The notes beneath the pieces are model-generated. The model was given only the letters and a program-made list of their open reading frames with translations, made no database searches and was not told the DNA's origin. 64,000 nucleotides of DNA from a virus (Duplodnaviria; Caudoviricetes): IMG/VR virus record IMGVR_UViG_2517572207_000003; one strand, 5' to 3'. Positions within the stretch are counted from its first letter, which is position 1. Every line of letters begins with the position of its first letter. The position numbers and the translations under genes are program-made. Positions 17,998-29,400 of this stretch are shown one piece after another.

Positions 17998-18558
17998 TTA
18001 CTCCGTAGTTACAGGCATTTGAACAGCTTCTAACGGCGCTGAAATAGGTCCAGGTTCAGATTGCACCTGAGCAGGAACAGTATTGGCTACCTCTGCTGTA
18101 GCTTGAGCCAAAAAATCATTAAGCTTTGCAGCCAGACCAGATACAGCTTCCTTAGCTGCGGCCTGTGCTGCCTTCTCGTTCGGCTGTGCTTCAGTAGCCA
18201 GTATCGCTTTTGTTCTGGCCTTATACTCCAGATATGCTTTCTCAATCGCTGCTTGAAGCTCCGTAGGCGATACCACAATGCCCTGTTCTGTAAGTCTCAA
18301 GGATGCATATTGCAAAGCCTCTTGCATCTTGCGAATCCCGCCAGCATCTTTAAACGTAGTCTGAGCAAGTGCAAAAGCCTCCCCTGCTACTTTATGGATT
18401 ACCTCTCGCTGTGCCGCTGTTGTACGTGCGTCTAACCACACGTTAACCTTAGTCTTGAGTTTGTTCAGACCTCCTAAAACAAACGCTGTAAGCACACCCG
18501 CAGTGGCTGTGACAATGGTATTTACGTAAGGTTGTACAGTTTCGATAATTGTTTGCAT
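17998..18558 (-). CDS. LL-H family holin
   Basis: N-terminal TM; GIRKMQEALQY...LQAAIEKAY pattern; next to the endolysin. Confidence 0.75.
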   Translation of the reverse strand: MQTIIETVQPYVNTIVTATAGVLTAFVLGGLNKLKTKVNVWLDARTTAAQREVIHKVAGEAFALAQTTFKDAGGIRKMQEALQYASLRLTEQGIVVSPTELQAAIEKAYLEYKARTKAILATEAQPNEKAAQAAAKEAVSGLAAKLNDFLAQATAEVANTVPAQVQSEPGPISAPLEAVQMPVTTE

Positions 18559-18560
18559 GA

Positions 18561-19334
18561 TTATTTATCCCCTTTCGTTTCAAAAATCCCTGCTCGATCA
18601 AGCATCGTGACCATGCGGTAAAAGTCATAAGATCCATCATTAGCTGTATCTAGAACACCTACGGCCTTGGCGTTGATGCAGGCTTGTTCAGCCCACGTGG
18701 GTACTTTGGGCTGTTTGGCCGCTGTCTCCAGTGTCTTGATGCGGTCAGCCTGCGCCTGCACTGTTTTTTGTAGTTCCTTCAACGTTGCTTTTTCTTCTAG
18801 TGTCATGGGTTCATCATCTCCTGTTTTGTTAATCCTGGATAAAACTGAATCAATCTGTGCCTTCGTAGGCCGCTTACCTGCTCGATACTGTGCTGTGCTC
18901 AGGCCAAATACTATTTGTAGATGCGGCAAGTCGGTGAACGTTTTCCAATCGCCTCCCCACTCAAAGCCCAGCTCCTTAGCAATAGCCACAACCTGCATCC
19001 AGTCCGCTTTATGGTCTGCATTACCATCTCTTTGAGTATCCCAGCTTACAGACCGTCCGTCAGGCAGCAGTAAGGAAAAATCAATAGCCACACCAAAATT
19101 GTGATAGCTGGTCCCGCCTTTGGCGTTTGTTACTTTTGGTCCCGGCTTGGTCCGTCCCTGTGCGTAAAGCTCATTTTGCTCCGCTATGGTCCGTAGCCCC
19201 TGTGTGATTACGATAGGTATACCTAAAGCAAAGGAACGCTCTATAAGGCACTCCGCGGCTGTGCGGACGACAGGTAAAAGTCCCTGTAAACGCGTTGCAG
19301 ATTTACTCTTTACCAACTCCAGTGTTATTGTCAC
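18561..19334 (-). CDS. Endolysin, M15 L-Ala-D-Glu peptidase
   Basis: QGLRTIAEQNELYAQGRT, SYHNFGVAID, WGGDW...DLPHLQ. Confidence 0.93.
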   Translation of the reverse strand: MTITLELVKSKSATRLQGLLPVVRTAAECLIERSFALGIPIVITQGLRTIAEQNELYAQGRTKPGPKVTNAKGGTSYHNFGVAIDFSLLLPDGRSVSWDTQRDGNADHKADWMQVVAIAKELGFEWGGDWKTFTDLPHLQIVFGLSTAQYRAGKRPTKAQIDSVLSRINKTGDDEPMTLEEKATLKELQKTVQAQADRIKTLETAAKQPKVPTWAEQACINAKAVGVLDTANDGSYDFYRMVTMLDRAGIFETKGDK

Positions 19335-19752
19335 TACCGTTTCCCCCTTTTCCTTTCAATACCTCAACCGCTTGTCGGATCACTGGTGGAATTGGCGCTC
19401 CAAGCCTGCCCCCGTTTTCCAGAATCGAAAGCAGCTCATTTGCCATATAAAAATAGGCGACCGCATCCCGGAATAGGTGCGAATCGCCTAAAACTCCATC
19501 AATCAGATGGGATACTGCTACCATTGCAAAAATAAATACCTTTCGAGCGATACCGATAAGACCAATCTTACTTTTCAAACCGGGTCCGGTTCCCTTCTTA
19601 CCTTCAGCACCAGCAGCAAATAATCCGGTCACATAATCAATAATGACCAGAGCAAGTAACACCCCCAATACTCCCGACCACCCACCGTAAAAATACGTCA
19701 CAGCGCTACTTCCTAAAGCAGTGCTGAACTTAAAAACCTCCCACTTATCCAC
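19303..19752 (-). CDS. Holin (toxin secretion/phage lysis family)
   Basis: IIDYVTG, LKSKIGLIGIARK, NELLSILEN...PIPP. Confidence 0.9.
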   Translation of the reverse strand: MDKWEVFKFSTALGSSAVTYFYGGWSGVLGVLLALVIIDYVTGLFAAGAEGKKGTGPGLKSKIGLIGIARKVFIFAMVAVSHLIDGVLGDSHLFRDAVAYFYMANELLSILENGGRLGAPIPPVIRQAVEVLKGKGGNGSDNNTGVGKE

Positions 19753-19774
19753 CTTGCTTCCCCCGTCTCTCCGT

Positions 19775-19996
19775 TCAGGAAACTTTTCCTGAGCTATCAT
19801 CGTCTACTTTCTGTTCCTTTTCTTCCTGGGCCTGTATCTCTGCTAATGCATTTCCTACTGCCATATCCAAACCTTTAAGTATTTCCTTCCGGCGCGCTGG
19901 TTGCGAAGCAATAACAGCAGAAATGACCTCGGTCAATTCTTCAATCGGCCTCGTTAAATCCAATTGTATATCCAATGCGGATTTTATCTTTGCCAT
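19775..19996 (-). CDS. Hypothetical phage protein
   Basis: 73-aa ORF with RBS GAGGGGG. Confidence 0.65.
   Translation of the reverse strand: MAKIKSALDIQLDLTRPIEELTEVISAVIASQPARRKEILKGLDMAVGNALAEIQAQEEKEQKVDDDSSGKVS
19777..19790. repeat. Dispersed palindrome AGGAAA-NN-TTTCCT (also 23811, 31863, 40141, 43790, 52480; one mismatch at 61019)
   Basis: Six perfect copies read directly, mostly at gene junctions. Confidence 0.8.
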
Positions 19997-20316
19997 GGTT
20001 TCGTCCCCCCCTCAAGACGCAAAATAAGCCCCTGATTTATCAGAGGCTTTCATACTTATATCTTAAATTGCTTCTATTGCTGTAGTGCTACGGATTTATC
20101 CGCAAGCATACTGTCAATTTCATTAATGTATTCTGTTTGCATTAAGGTGCAATTGGTGGTAGCCTTCTTTCGCTTTGTCTAATATAAGCAAGGCTGTACC
20201 GACCGTGCAGCTTTGCTCACCCAAATAGCTGAGTATATGTTTACACAATCTGCCTTTATAAAGAGTAAAAGCCTATCCCAAAATTAGGACAGGCTTTTCT
20301 ATATCTCTATTTTATT

Positions 20317-20937
20317 TTACGTATAGTACTGTGACACTACGGATTTTAATTTCAGTGAAGCTATAGCTTTATTTATTTCTTCTAGTTCAGTCTTATATTT
20401 AGCTATATTAGTTTCAGCTTCTTGTAATACTTCTTCCGTACCTTTTGTCTCGGAATCCAGATTGTCCAACATCTTCTTATTCCCTGAGTATTCTTCTCTA
20501 AGTTTGTTGTATTTTTCAAGAGATTTTTGTAGGTTCTCTTTATCTTTTTCAGTATCACTTACAAATTTTTCGAGTTCTGATTTTCTCTCTTCCAATTTGG
20601 AAACAGGCCATCCCTGGTATTTACCTGAATAAGTTTTCACTTCAGTATTTGTTTGTTTTGAAGAAGAATTATCCGACGATTCAATTTGAATTGTTTTACC
20701 ATCCACTTTTAAACTCGCCCCTAAAGAGTCGGTGACAGCGCGAAGCGGAACATGTGCTTTTCCATCAACGACTATCGCGTTTTCAGACAGGGAATTACCA
20801 TTAACCTTTACACTATACTCTCCTGCCACTGTCTGCCCAACCATAGATTTAATTTGATCCGCAAATGCGTTTCCAGTCGTAGCAAAAACCACACCGATCA
20901 ACAGACCAATGAGCAAATATGACCATTTTTTCATCAT
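20317..20937 (-). CDS. Secreted protein, copper-amine-oxidase-N/stalk-like domain plus coiled coil
   Basis: Signal peptide; VDGKAHVPLRAVTDSLGA. Confidence 0.7.
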   Translation of the reverse strand: MMKKWSYLLIGLLIGVVFATTGNAFADQIKSMVGQTVAGEYSVKVNGNSLSENAIVVDGKAHVPLRAVTDSLGASLKVDGKTIQIESSDNSSSKQTNTEVKTYSGKYQGWPVSKLEERKSELEKFVSDTEKDKENLQKSLEKYNKLREEYSGNKKMLDNLDSETKGTEEVLQEAETNIAKYKTELEEINKAIASLKLKSVVSQYYT

Positions 20938-20998
20938 TAGAACCTCCTATGTAGTATATATGTCCTAATATTACCATCGGTAGGAGGTGCAGTAAACA

Positions 20999-23149
20999 TT
21001 ATGTTGACGAGCTACTTGAACTTCCACCAGCGGGAATGTTAACTGTAGCCACAGTTTTTCCTCGGCTGAACAATTTTAGATTCCTGGAACCGGGGTCGAA
21101 TGTTGCATTAACGATTAAACCATTAAACAAATCACCACGTATTTCAGCAATATCATTACGGAAATCTCTGAGAGTGTTATCAAGACCTTTAATGCTCTCT
21201 ACTCCTAAAGCCAGTCCACTTATTGTAGCTTCTGAAAAATCTACAGGACCTTTTAAATAAGTGGCATCATCTATAGATCGGATAATAATAGGTCCCATGT
21301 TGCCTAAATGAAACCCTTCTCTATCTCCGTAGACGCTTCCTCTTGGCGAACCATCATCCATAAACAATAAGCCGCCACCATCATTATACTGACCTAATGA
21401 GACAGCTTCTCCGCCACGAGAATTATAAGCAGTAAGACCATTAGAATTTATTTCTATGCGCCTACCCTCTTTGGCTGTACGGAATAAGGCCCCTGTAATA
21501 ATACCGCCTTCTATTTCATTGCCGATCAGTTTACTGCCACGTATTGTACTTGCATTAACTGTACTTGCCCTAATATCTGAAGCATTCATTTCTGAGTTAT
21601 CAATTTGGCCCGTAAGCTTGATTGACCTGGCAACAACATTCCCCTGCATGTCTACCCGGAATGGCGCAATGGTATAGTCGTCATTCCCTGCACTGATTCC
21701 GTTCGTATTAATTTTGGTTACGTTATTGCCACTACCAATAACCAAGGATACAAAGTTTCCGAGCTGTCCGACAATCTGTTCAGCAACAACGCCACGTGCT
21801 GTAATTGCTGTTCTTGCTGTTTTACCTCCGTCCGTTGTTAAAACAACCCCGTTTGAAGTCATAATAACTTGGTTCTGAGCATTGGTCTTGTCCTGTAGGA
21901 TTATGCCACGTTGATCGTACTTGATTTCCGTTTTGGAATTATCAATGTCGATCACGGCTTGCTTGGCAAAGGACTCAAATACTTCCGTTCGGATCTTCCC
22001 GTTACTGAACAGATTATTGATAATATTCTTGTTCCGCTCCAGGTCAGAAATGATATCTGCATAGTCCCGTAAATTGACATTTGATATGGTAGGCTCACTG
22101 TGTTTGTCTCGGCTATACGGATACTCTGTAAGCTCTGTGATTCGGGCTTTAAGTTTGTTCATGTCCATAGCCGGGTCAATGCACATTACATTGTCGCCCA
22201 AAGCTGGTTTAGGTTCAGTATTGTCTATTTTGAACAGGTCCGCCGTCGATACGGTTACCTCCAGCGTCACGTTTTCCTGTTCAGCAAGCCCCTTACGTGT
22301 GGCCTTTAGCAAGTCCTCCGGTTCCTCTATGTCCTGTTCAATGATTTCCCCATCGTAAAAAGGAACCGACTCGCTGGCCCAATACTGAGCATAAGGTGAA
22401 ATCAAGTAGTTCACCGCCAGCTTTCCATGCACAATCGTTCCTGGTATGCCTGACAGCAAACTCCGCTCCTCTTCGGTCAGTTTGGACGCATCCATTCCGA
22501 TAAAGGTACGTCCATCCTTCATCTGAGCGAACATGCGTGTGACCAAAGATTCACCCTTATCTTTAAAGCTGCTGGATACGATATTCTTTTTAAGTCGGTA
22601 CTGTAATCCGCTGTCGGTTCCAATCTTCTTCCTCAGGTTAATAGTGAAGTTGTCCGGTTCAACCTCACACTCATACATTTGGATGATCTTGTTGAGAGCT
22701 TCCAAGCACGTCCCACGCCCGAAGTCTTTGACATCATGCAAATCGAATGTGTCGTGGATAACGAATTTGAATCTCCCGCCTGTAGCAGCTGTAATCAGAT
22801 CCGTGAGTTGATTGAGATGAATTCCATATGCTTCTGCAATGTATGAAGCATATGGAAACTTGTAATCGTTAAGCTTGAACATGATGTGATTGCAATAGAT
22901 ATTTGCAGTCAGCTTTTTTCCCTCTCGTGATCGGCTACGAGACTGAATAACATAAAATTGGCCACGCTCATCCTGAACGTGGCCCTTGATTGCTATCTTT
23001 TCCCTATAGTCTTCGCTGGTCATCGGGACCATGAAGGTTAATTCATAGTCACTGTTAATCCTGCGCCGCCGCTGAATGTCATAAGAGTCTACTAGCGTTC
23101 CAACACGCCGCATATTCTTATCAAACACTTGCATAGTTGGAGTAGGCAT
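20999..23149 (-). CDS. Tail spike/Tal (prophage tail endopeptidase family)
   Basis: YRLKKNI, LVTRMFA; C-terminal beta-helix-like repeats; position after Dit. Confidence 0.85.
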   Translation of the reverse strand: MPTPTMQVFDKNMRRVGTLVDSYDIQRRRRINSDYELTFMVPMTSEDYREKIAIKGHVQDERGQFYVIQSRSRSREGKKLTANIYCNHIMFKLNDYKFPYASYIAEAYGIHLNQLTDLITAATGGRFKFVIHDTFDLHDVKDFGRGTCLEALNKIIQMYECEVEPDNFTINLRKKIGTDSGLQYRLKKNIVSSSFKDKGESLVTRMFAQMKDGRTFIGMDASKLTEEERSLLSGIPGTIVHGKLAVNYLISPYAQYWASESVPFYDGEIIEQDIEEPEDLLKATRKGLAEQENVTLEVTVSTADLFKIDNTEPKPALGDNVMCIDPAMDMNKLKARITELTEYPYSRDKHSEPTISNVNLRDYADIISDLERNKNIINNLFSNGKIRTEVFESFAKQAVIDIDNSKTEIKYDQRGIILQDKTNAQNQVIMTSNGVVLTTDGGKTARTAITARGVVAEQIVGQLGNFVSLVIGSGNNVTKINTNGISAGNDDYTIAPFRVDMQGNVVARSIKLTGQIDNSEMNASDIRASTVNASTIRGSKLIGNEIEGGIITGALFRTAKEGRRIEINSNGLTAYNSRGGEAVSLGQYNDGGGLLFMDDGSPRGSVYGDREGFHLGNMGPIIIRSIDDATYLKGPVDFSEATISGLALGVESIKGLDNTLRDFRNDIAEIRGDLFNGLIVNATFDPGSRNLKLFSRGKTVATVNIPAGGSSSSSST

Positions 23150-23161
23150 AGTCCACCTCAC

Positions 23162-23791
23162 TTAATATAAGAATTTATCTCGGTGTGTAATACGGAACAA
23201 AACTGTCCGGCCTGTCTCTGGATCTGTCCAGGTAAGATTGTTATTGCCGAGATTTAAGTCAAAGAAATCACCATTATACAAGTGAGAAACGTTCTGCCCA
23301 TTGCGAGTGATCTTGAACTTACCTGAGTCAATCACAATAACTTCTCCCGGTCGGAACACATCTGTAAACTCAATGTAGTCGGTATGGAATTTTGACAGTT
23401 CCGCCGATATCCTTCCTTCCCCAGACATGGGTACTGCTTGCATCAGAATTTCTCGAACGTATTCTGCGTTAGTTATGCGTCCCTCGCCAGACATAGGAAC
23501 GGCTTCCAAGGCATATTCACGGACAAAATCAGCCTGCGCCTGACCTTCCCCGGACAACTCCGCAGCGGCAGTCATATCCAAAACAAATTCCAAAATGTAT
23601 TCCGTTACGGTATCAGGTTCGTCAACATTAAACGACATGAGATTAAACGCATTATCGTTTTCTGCTCCAGCTGTCTCCACCTTCCGTGAGTACATTTGCC
23701 CGGAACCAGAAAGAGATGCAGAAAGGTCAATAATGTTCCCTTCTACATCTCCTGTATTAAAACCAAGGCTATTAAATCCACCATTAAACAT
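23162..23791 (-). CDS. Minor tail protein with a Dit-like C-terminus
   Basis: GEVIVIDS...NGDFFDLNLGNNNL...RDKFLY. Confidence 0.7.
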   Translation of the reverse strand: MFNGGFNSLGFNTGDVEGNIIDLSASLSGSGQMYSRKVETAGAENDNAFNLMSFNVDEPDTVTEYILEFVLDMTAAAELSGEGQAQADFVREYALEAVPMSGEGRITNAEYVREILMQAVPMSGEGRISAELSKFHTDYIEFTDVFRPGEVIVIDSGKFKITRNGQNVSHLYNGDFFDLNLGNNNLTWTDPETGRTVLFRITHRDKFLY

Positions 23792-23823
23792 AGCGTCCTC
23801 CTATCAGGCAAGGAAAATTTTCC

Positions 23824-23964
23824 TTACTGGAAGTCCACGCCTGTAATGGTCTTGTATTCTTCCGGTGTGATTTCACCAAACCGATTGGTTTCCGTCTTCA
23901 CAGCACCTTTGAGTTGTTCCGCAGTCACCCAACGTTGATTAAATGCAAGCGTCCAAAATCTCAT
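23824..23964 (-). CDS. XkdX-family protein (46 aa, not in ORF track)
   Basis: MRFWTLAFNQRWVTAEQLKGAV...ITPEEYKTITG. Confidence 0.85.
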   Translation of the reverse strand: MRFWTLAFNQRWVTAEQLKGAVKTETNRFGEITPEEYKTITGVDFQ

Positions 23965-24341
23965 GATCCACTCTCTCCCTTCAATGAAATAATTTCTAAC
24001 CGCGCCGCTGCCAACTCCGCGCCCATATTGCTGAGTAATTCCTGCTGCTGCATCGACTGGAGTTTAATTTGTGCAAGCTCTTGCCCAAGAAGTTCATCAC
24101 TGGTCGGTTGTGCAGAACCCTTTACAATCAGACCGCCATCTGGTGCAACTTCAATTTCCCGTTCTTCGATAGTTGCCCCTTCAGGTAAAGGATTCATGGT
24201 CTGTTCTTCGTACACAGCTTCTTTCGTGGTCTTTCCCTCGTCGTTATATTCCGCTGGTGACACCAAGACTTGCTGGAGCTTATAATCCCAAGGCCCGATG
24301 TTGATTACCTCGTCATTTAGCACTATACATTCTTTTATCAT
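23961..24341 (-). CDS. Tail fiber chaperone-like protein
   Basis: Lies between the fiber and xkdX; C-terminal coiled coil. Confidence 0.6.
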   Translation of the reverse strand: MIKECIVLNDEVINIGPWDYKLQQVLVSPAEYNDEGKTTKEAVYEEQTMNPLPEGATIEEREIEVAPDGGLIVKGSAQPTSDELLGQELAQIKLQSMQQQELLSNMGAELAAARLEIISLKGESGS

Positions 24342-25447
24342 TTAACAGCCCTCCATCCCGTGTTTCCTGTTCCAGATTCTTTGATATACAGAGTCTCCCC
24401 TGCATATCCATCCAGCCTTCGATATAGCGATCCTACTGGAGCAGACACGGCTCCTTCAGGACTTCCGTTCCCACTGAAAAGATTTGCAGAGGAAGCTTTT
24501 AAACTGTTCAGGTCCCCGCCTTGCCAGCCTATATTACCCTCTTCTATCCATAACCCATTACCAAAATTCCAGTCAGTACCATCTATCGTGTTAGATGGAG
24601 ATATATATACTCGGCCATTATCCGATTTGTGTAATGCCCATGATTTATACCCTGGACGATAGATGGCTAACGGAATGGCGTTCTTGCTATCTATCGTTCC
24701 CCACACAGAACCGCCGCGAGTCATGAAAATTTCCGTCCACTCTCTCCAGTCAGCACCAGCAAAAGCAATTCGTGTATAGACACGACCTGGATTATCATGT
24801 GAAAAGTACATTTGAACAATAGCACCGCTGTCGTAATTCACCACAAGTTTGCCATAGGTATAGGCTCCGGGTGGATAGTTCGAAAAACCTGTCCATGCGG
24901 AAAGAGCCACATTGTAGCTACCCGATAGGGTGGCATCATTACAGTTTGCTGGTGCATTGCCTCGATTGCGATATGCGTTATTTGCTAGGCCATACGCAGA
25001 ACTTACTGCACTCTCTGTAGCCGCTATATCATCCCGTGTACCGTTAACGGCCTTAGAGAGTTGGGTAACGCCCTTTTTAGTTAAAGATGCATTCTGAGTC
25101 TTCTCGGCTACCGTAGCGGACAAGTCTGTTACCTTTTCATCAATCTCAGTAACATTTCCCTGTACTGCCCGGAAGTCCGCTGCCGTGAAATTGCGTGCAA
25201 TCCGTGTACTGACAGGCCAAGCACGGGCAACACCCTCATAGCCACGTACACAGCCTTTCAGAATGTTTTCCTCTACGCTTGTATACGTAATGGTTTCTGC
25301 TACATCCCCATTGCCTAAAACAGCAATACCCTCGCCCTGTAAAAGCACAGCGGCGTTGGCGACTGTAATTTCGGTTTGACTGTCTGTGATCAGTTCTGCA
25401 AGCTCAGTTTTAGGAGAGTTCACCACTGGTGGATACATTTTTTCCAC
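24338..25447 (-). CDS. Tail fiber/receptor-binding protein
   Basis: ASLTKKGVTQLS fiber repeat, pyocin-knob-like segment, GSPEGAVSAPVGSLY C-terminus. Confidence 0.85.
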   Translation of the reverse strand: MEKMYPPVVNSPKTELAELITDSQTEITVANAAVLLQGEGIAVLGNGDVAETITYTSVEENILKGCVRGYEGVARAWPVSTRIARNFTAADFRAVQGNVTEIDEKVTDLSATVAEKTQNASLTKKGVTQLSKAVNGTRDDIAATESAVSSAYGLANNAYRNRGNAPANCNDATLSGSYNVALSAWTGFSNYPPGAYTYGKLVVNYDSGAIVQMYFSHDNPGRVYTRIAFAGADWREWTEIFMTRGGSVWGTIDSKNAIPLAIYRPGYKSWALHKSDNGRVYISPSNTIDGTDWNFGNGLWIEEGNIGWQGGDLNSLKASSANLFSGNGSPEGAVSAPVGSLYRRLDGYAGETLYIKESGTGNTGWRAVK

Positions 25448-25456
25448 GTTTCACAC

Positions 25457-25867
25457 CTACCCTTCGTCTACTTTTATTTGCCCGGCCAGAAACCGAAGTG
25501 TGTCATTCGTCTGGACCGTGCGTGGTGTTTTGACTGCACCGTGATAGACAAGATTGCCCCCGGTTGCTGCTGTCCGAATGCCTATGTGTGTTATCAATCC
25601 CCAATCTGCTCCAGCGATAGGAAAAGAGACATCCCCCACGCTGGAAGTAACAGCTCTACGATCTGCTATAACTGGTTCTGAGAACGCCACAGCACGGCGC
25701 GTATAGCCTCCACCGCTTACTTCCTGCCCTGTATCCGCATCTGTTGGATTACTGGTGTATAGGGCAATGTAAAGCGTTTGAGGAGAAGCAAAGTTAACTC
25801 CACGCAAAGCCGCATTAATACAGGCTGTTTTCCACCAGTTCGACTTACTTAGTAATATGTCTGCCAA
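25457..25867 (-). CDS. Minor tail/baseplate protein
   Basis: LYIALYTSNPTD...EVSGGGYTR...ATGGNL. Confidence 0.75.
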   Translation of the reverse strand: MADILLSKSNWWKTACINAALRGVNFASPQTLYIALYTSNPTDADTGQEVSGGGYTRRAVAFSEPVIADRRAVTSSVGDVSFPIAGADWGLITHIGIRTAATGGNLVYHGAVKTPRTVQTNDTLRFLAGQIKVDEG

Positions 25868-25879
25868 TATAAAGACCTC

Positions 25880-26434
25880 CTATTCTACTTGATACTCATT
25901 TGCGATACGGAAATTCCGTATGTCGTTATTACCGATGTTAGTCAGGACGATAATAGGACTGGCTCTTTCATCTCCTGTAGAAATGACCGACACTGTTTGT
26001 GGCGATTGAGTAATGATAACTTCTTTGATATTCTCATCGCTTTCTGGAAACGGATGCTCACCCATCTTAATCGGGATAGTCAGTTCTCCATCCCAAAGTA
26101 TTTTTTCGATATCTAATGTTCCAGCATAGCGCCCGATATATCGCCTTCCTGGTAAGTCTGAAAACGTAAATACAATATCCCCTTTTTTGGCATTAAAAAG
26201 AGCCGCCACTTGGGCGACTCTCCTATGGTAATCAAGGGTAGTATCATCAGCCATTAGGACGCATTCGAGATTGATTAACCGCGCTCCATACGTGCTGCCA
26301 AAATCCAACTCTCCATCCCTCTCAGCTATCTCAAGGCTATGGTCTTTTGTTGGTGGTAACACAGGTATATTGTGAGTTTTAAGCCCTAATCCAATGGATT
26401 TAAAGGATTTCCCATCCACCGTAGCGTCTATCAC
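25880..26434 (-). CDS. Distal tail protein (Dit, N-terminal part)
   Basis: Follows the TMP; RDGELDFGSTYGARLI; GTG start overlaps the TMP stop. Confidence 0.8.
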   Translation of the reverse strand: MIDATVDGKSFKSIGLGLKTHNIPVLPPTKDHSLEIAERDGELDFGSTYGARLINLECVLMADDTTLDYHRRVAQVAALFNAKKGDIVFTFSDLPGRRYIGRYAGTLDIEKILWDGELTIPIKMGEHPFPESDENIKEVIITQSPQTVSVISTGDERASPIIVLTNIGNNDIRNFRIANEYQVE

Positions 26435-29400
26435 TAAGACTTGCCTCCCCTCGTTTGCAACCTCCGTACAAAGTTGTCCCTTTCGCTCCAAAACACCTTT
26501 GCTGCGGATTCGTCTTCAATATAAGTATCACCTGATTTTATTACGAACTGGTTGCTGATTTGCTGCGGATTTGAACTGCCCGAAGCCATTGGCATTGAAA
26601 AATCAGGCATAGAGAAATTAAGTTTCGGCATCTTAAAATTGATAATTTTCCACAAGTTGCTCTGTTGTTGACCATTCAAATACATTTCCCCTTCACGGGC
26701 AATGACGGGTACCTCTGCTCCCTTCTGGCCTTGAACGATCCCGCCAGAATGGAATTTTTGAAGTTTCCCTGTATCCTTCTTAATGCCATACTTATTCCGC
26801 AGAGCGGCATTTTCCTCGTGCAGTTTGGTCTTCTCAGCAGCACCTGCTGAATACCATTTATCAATATTGGAATTATATCGTGCCAGGTCACTGTCTTTTT
26901 CAGAGATTGAGGAACCTGTATCAAAGGATGCAGACAATGAGGTGGCATTGATTTCAGCCATTTTAGCCTGATAGTCAGCAATAAACTGATCCAACTGACG
27001 CAAAATTTCCGCGTTCTTCTCGGTTTCTTTTGAGATTTGAGTATTTTTCAAATCTTCAGCTTTAGATTCAACGCCGTCTGAATATTCATCGTACTTCTCA
27101 GCAAGCCGATCATAATGCTGCTTGGCAGCTTCAATCTGGTCATTGTAATCCTTTTCTCGCTCAGTCTTCTCATCTTGAAGCTTTTTCTTTTGATCCTCCA
27201 AGCCGCGCTTCGCCAGCGTCCGGTTATGTTCCCGTTGCATATCCTCAATGTCTTTTTCAGTCTGCTTACGTTCGGCAATACCTTCAGGACCGACAGCAGA
27301 TTGTAACAGGGAAAGACGCACTTGCTTCTCCGCCATAGCACGATCATAGTCCTCGTCTTCATTAGCTGTCTGCATCTTGGCTAACAAGTCGTCTATGGCC
27401 TTAATTTTAGCGTCCTGAGCCTCAATAAAAGCATCACGTTCCGCCTCAATACGCTTTACTTCCTCATCCCGAGTCTTTTCGAGTGCTTCCTTTTCCTTCT
27501 TAGCAGCTTCGGCAGTAACCTTCTTCTGATCTTCGAGGAGCTGCTTTTTAAGGTCATGGACCTGTACATCAATCTCCATTCGCTGTTCTGTTCCTTCTTT
27601 ATAAAGAGCCTGCATTTTTGTCCATAAATTGAGCTGATCGGAAACAGATACGGCTTCCATACTCTTTTGGTAATTGATTCGTTTTTGGAAGTCGGACAGG
27701 AACTCATCTTCCAGAGCTTTACGTTTCTCATAAATCTTCTGCTGCAACTCAAAACTTTGTTCAGCAGTACGATCCTTTGCCTTACTCATACGCATATAAG
27801 CGTCATATTCCATTTTGAGGATAGCAATTTGGGTTTGCCCCGCCATTTCCATTTTGGAAGTTTCTTTATCAATCCATTTTTCCGAGTTTTGGTATCGAAG
27901 CTCGTTATACTTCACGGACAGATCATAAATTTGCTTTTGGATTTCACGCCTATTTGCTGGTAGCAAGTAAGATTTAGATTGTTCCTTCTTGTAAAAATCC
28001 AAGCTGGTTTTTACCATCTCAATTTCTTGTTTGTTGGCCTGCCGCATACGCTCGGTTCTTCGCTCAAGATTCTCCACGTCTTCCTGAAATCTTGAATCAT
28101 TCAGTTTCTGAACATCGCGGCTCCATTGCTTCATTGCATCCTTATCTTCCAAAAGGTACTGCTTATGTCGTTGAGCCAGTCGTTTGTACCCAGCTATTTG
28201 CTGGTCTATAGACCATTCATTACGTTCTGCGATGTATTTGAAGTTGTCCATATCATCGCTGTAGGAATCCTTACGAGCATCCGCAGCTTCTTTAGCAGCT
28301 TTTTTAGCCGATTTTTCTGCATCACTTTTTCCTTTTCTTCCTTTTTTCTCTTTGCTTGATGAACCGCTAACTCCAAATTTAGGGTCTTTGTATAGCTTCG
28401 ATAAAGCGTTAATCCGAGTATCAAAGGATTTTGCTTGATTTTCATATTCAGTGTATATTTCATCAAGCTTTTTTTTGTTATCCAGTTTTTTCTTATCAAC
28501 ATCAAGTTGATTCTTAAAAGGAGCGTTTAAAACTGATCTAATGCCAGTCATGCTATTAAGTTCAGTTTGTCTTTTCGCAACCTCCAAGGAACTCTGAGCC
28601 ATTACACCATTGAGAGCAGCTTTTAATTGAGCTAAATTTCTAATAGCTTCTGCTTCAATGCTATAAGCTTTTAAACGTTCATCAGTAGACACTTTTGTGT
28701 TGAATGCTGAAGCTTTCTCGGATTTCAAATCGTCGATTGCTTTCTGAATTTTTGCTTTTCGGAGAACTTCCACAGCGTCTTTTTCAAATTTCCATCCATC
28801 ACTTGTCTTATATATTTCTGCTGCCAGTTGAGGATATTTTAGTATTAGGTCCGTGGCAGCAGCGGCGTTGAGAGACTGTCCTTTTGAAAGGTCGCTCAAG
28901 AGATTATTCATCTCAGATACAGCAGTGCCATTTCCTTGAATTTGCTCCCTTAAATCTGCTAATGCTTCCGCTTGAGCTTTGGCACTTTCAGCTGCTGTAC
29001 CCGACTTACCTGCGAATTGATCAACCGCATCAACTGCAACTTGGCCAAGCTGCACTGCGACTTCAGCGGCAGAGGCGGAAAGTTTATGGTTCTCCTTCTC
29101 TAAGCCATTTACTTCGTCTTGGAGAAGCTGAACGGAGTTAGAAGCTTCGTCCAAACTCTTTCCGGTAAAAACGTTTTTAAAGAACTCTCCCATTTGTGAA
29201 GCTAAGCTGTCTTTAACTTTAAGGAGTTTCTCTTTTGTTTGCTCTAGCTCTTCGGTATTCTTTTTCAGCTGATTGTTAATCTCGCTTTGTTGATCAGTAA
29301 GCATATTCTTTCGTGCTTCATTTTGCTTTGCTATCAGTGTGTTCAAAGCATCAACCTGTATTCGTACAGCCTTTTCACTAAAGTTGGCGGATTCAAGCTG

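Noticed and set aside
20999-25447. Diversity-generating retroelement or invertible tail fiber switch
   Set aside because: No reverse transcriptase, invertase or template/variable repeat pair seen
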